Below are positions 60,432 through 64,000 of a stretch of DNA of 64,000 nt, piece after piece. Positions within the stretch are counted from its first letter, which is position 1. The number at the start of each line of letters is the position of its first letter. The notes under the pieces were generated by a model, which saw only the letters and a list, made by a program, of their open reading frames with translations, was not told the DNA's origin and did no database searches. The stretch lies in the NCBI RefSeq assembly GCF_009914755.1, contig NC_060927.1; one strand, 5' to 3'. A program made the position numbers and the translations under genes. Source of the DNA: the human T2T-CHM13v2.0 reference genome, Homo sapiens.

Positions 60432-62439
60432 CGATAGACCCAGGTCTCTGGTATGCCTATGTGTGCGTGTATTAATATTTGGATTTCAAACACGTATTTA
60501 CCAAAAAATGGCATGCCTTCCGTTAATTATCGCACTTGTGGGCACAGGAGTGAAAACTGCACGCCAGTAGGCTAGTTGGCTATGATTTTACCATGTTAAA
60601 TGTATCAAGCAGAATGAAACAGCAGCAGAAGCTGACACCAGTGCAGCTCTATAATAAACCACAATATTCATATCATGACTGTGCTTGTTTGTAAAAAAGA
60701 AACAAAAATGACTTCCAAAGGCCAATTTTTATAGTAAGTAATATCTCCATTTGTGTTTCATATTTCAAAGAATGTATTCAACAGGATGGCATTATTGTAA
60801 TTGAATTAACTTCTCTATTTAGGTAATATTAACACTGCATTCCATTTTTCTGTCTTTTTGTTGCGAATTGCATATTTATCAATTGTATTATGTGCCTCTG
60901 TTTTTAGAAACTGGATGAAAACCACACTGACACTAATTTATCCAAATTTTAATTTCCTGAATAATGAACTTTAGCTCCCATAAGAGCTAATATTTTCAGC
61001 AAAATTTATCAGACTATTCAACTCCAATATTTATTTACTTTCCTCTGTTTTTTTTCTTCAGAAAATTTATGAATATGTCAAATATGCTAGTTCTAACATT
61101 TAACAAGATAACACATGGCGTTATAAAATGGCACTCAAAAAGAAACACAAAGTTAATCTGTAATTCTGTTCTAGTAGTTTATAGAGGTCTGGAGCCAAAG
61201 ATTTGTTGTTCTCTCTCTGCACGTCACAATGCACTAAGAAAGCTTTTATTCAAAACTGAAAATCTGTCTGCATATTTATAAAAGGAATTTTCACTGGTGA
61301 ATCTGTAATATAAAGTTAATGTTATTAACAGGTTCTTCTTCAAAAGTAAGTTCTCCTAAAAATGATAATTTTATTTTCCTTACCAAGTCATTTAATCAAA
61401 ACATCTTAAAAGAGAATTTACTGTGGGAGACTTACTAGGCTTTAGGGAAGACAGAAAAAAAAACTAAAAAAGAATCACTGCCTACAAAGTTACCAAATAA
61501 CAAAGTATGCTTAAATAAAAAGAAAAATAGCACTATATTGAAAATGTCCAATAAAGTCAACCTTTGCTTCTCAGTTATAGTCCATTGTAAGACACAAAGC
61601 ATAATTTGTTTTTCATCCCATGCCAGATCCTGATGTAAGTTATCAAAATGTCCCTAACTTTAGAATTCAACTGCTGCTAAGAATAAAACTTTTCTTCCAA
61701 TGGATCTAAATAAGGAAAAGGAACATCTTCATTTCTGTCTATTTCATATACTCTAAGAATCCCCTCTACTTGGGAAAGATATATTAGTGTATTAAATTGT
61801 CAGCAAAAAAATATTTGGAAGAAAATAGTGGTATGGGTCAAAAGAATAGATCCTTAGATCATATATTTAAATCAGAAAAGAAATGCACTTGAGGAAAAGA
61901 AAAAAAAAAGGAGAGTAGAGTGAGATGTTTCTCATAACTAGATAAGGATGAGAATTCCACCAATGTGCTACAAAATATCCTATGTAATTTCCTTACTGTG
62001 TTTTACCTGCTGTATAACTTGCTTTAATTAAATGTAGTCTCATCATTGACACATCATCTGAAAGCTTAGAAAACATTCCACTGGAGATCTCATCTGGGGT
62101 TAGAATAACAATTAAAACTCACTGGCACTCATAGAATTTCTCTCATAAATAACTCTAAATATCAGGCATTCTTGATTTTTCCAGCTTGTGAACAGATTTT
62201 TCTTTTTTAAGTAGAGAGAAATTTCTGTTGCAAGTGAATCATTAAACCTTGGGAACAAGCAGAGTAATTATAAAATACTTCAGGAAGTCTATCAAACTGT
62301 CTAGGGATTCCCCAAGGTGCTATAAGTCTGACAAATTTGGCATTTTTTACTAGTCTGAGGAGAGACTGGACAGTCCCCAATACATGTACTATAATTAATG
62401 TTTTCGTTAAGTACCTTCATTTCCTTAAAACTTAATCTA

Positions 62440-62754
<315 letters not shown>

Positions 62755-64000
62755 TTAACCTAAGTTGTTAACTGTGAGCTAACCAAATCAAATTGCATTC
62801 ATTTTCCTTTTTCATCTCTTTGACATGATGAATTTATTTTTATATCAGTTTTCTTAAAATGCATTCGTTCATATTGACTATTATGACAGGGGTTAAGCTA
62901 AACACTTAATTGACTCCTGAGTTTCCTTTGGAAGTTCAGGTCCAGCCCTTAATGAGATTATGATCCTGTTGTAACTGAAAAATCAAAGTAAATGGGTATG
63001 GATTCTTGGCTTAAGAAAAGATAATTTTGATGACTAGTGACTCTGCGAGGAAAAACTTTCTTTCCTCTTTTTCCAAATGTCTTCTCCCTAAGACTCTCTG
63101 AAATTCTTCTGGTCTGTTATAAAATACAATCTGAGTATGAAAATAGCTAATATATGAAAGAACCTTAGTACTGTGCTTGCAATACACTAAATAAATACTG
63201 CATAAATATTAGCTATTATTAGTAGAAAGTGGGGCTGTTCGCTGTGGAAAAGAGGCTTCCTTTTTCCTCTGTCATTCAGTACAAACGTGGAAAGCCCTGG
63301 AATATATAATCTGTAATGTTTATTCCTATTTTATGAGTTTCAGTAACAGCTACTTCAAAGCCATACATATAATACTTCTGCACAAACCCCTTTTCTTAGA
63401 GCCACTTTACTTATCTTTACGACAGAAAAATAGATATGAAATACATTTTTTGACAGTCTTTTGCCAGCACAATAAAAATATGAACCAGGAAGCTAAGTAA
63501 AGTTTTGTTTTGTTTCATTTTCTCTTTGCCCTCTGAATTCCTTTACTTGGTCATGCCTCTTTGGTTCATCTAAACCCCAGGTATGTCCTCTCTACCCACC
63601 GACTCTCGATACAGAGTCTTTCCACATACAAACATATGCTCTTCATTGATCTATACCTTTGTTTCTCCAAATCTTTAAAATTGGATATTTTGGTGACTTT
63701 AAAGATTCTCAAGCATATTCATATTTCCCCATGTCTTATTTGCACAGCTGTTTCTGCGCTAATGCTTCACTTGGTATCAAGGTATCAAAGCTGAGTCAGC
63801 CCTAGAATCTGTCTTTGAAGTCCAGGGTCTGTGAGGAACTAAAAGTTTCATGTAAGTATGATGAAACATGTGAAAGCATCGTGCACACATTACTGTGGTA
63901 ACAAAGAAAGGATGAGCAATTCTACCTCAGAAAGTTAGTGCTAAAACCATCATTCACATGAGGAATATTTGCCCCTACATTTGAAAAATGAATCGGAGCC

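Overview
AT-rich, CpG-poor primate (very likely human) genomic DNA that reads as intronic or intergenic. I see no CpG island and no recognisable intact protein-coding gene. It is dominated by interspersed repeats: ten Alus (J, S and Y classes), several L1 pieces, a near full-length Tigger2, MaLR/ERVL/ERV1 LTRs, L2 and MIR. The clearest non-repeat feature is an old, full-length processed DDX5 (p68) pseudogene on the minus strand (~33410-35620). About 1.9 kb upstream on the same strand is a solo HERV-H LTR7 nested inside an L1PA 3' end, with both target-site duplications (TSDs) visible. The window also has a palindromic ~97% AT 37-bp minisatellite, a 1.1-kb alternating purine-pyrimidine VNTR, four two-copy tandem duplications (58, 65, 80 and 159 bp) and several minus-strand segments with strong splice signals that may be lncRNA exons. 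Almost all ORFs in the track are Alu, L1 or simple-repeat artefacts. I found no convincing novel biological system; the findings are testable candidates. Repeat subfamily names come from recalled consensus sequences, not a database search, and boundaries of old repeats are approximate.
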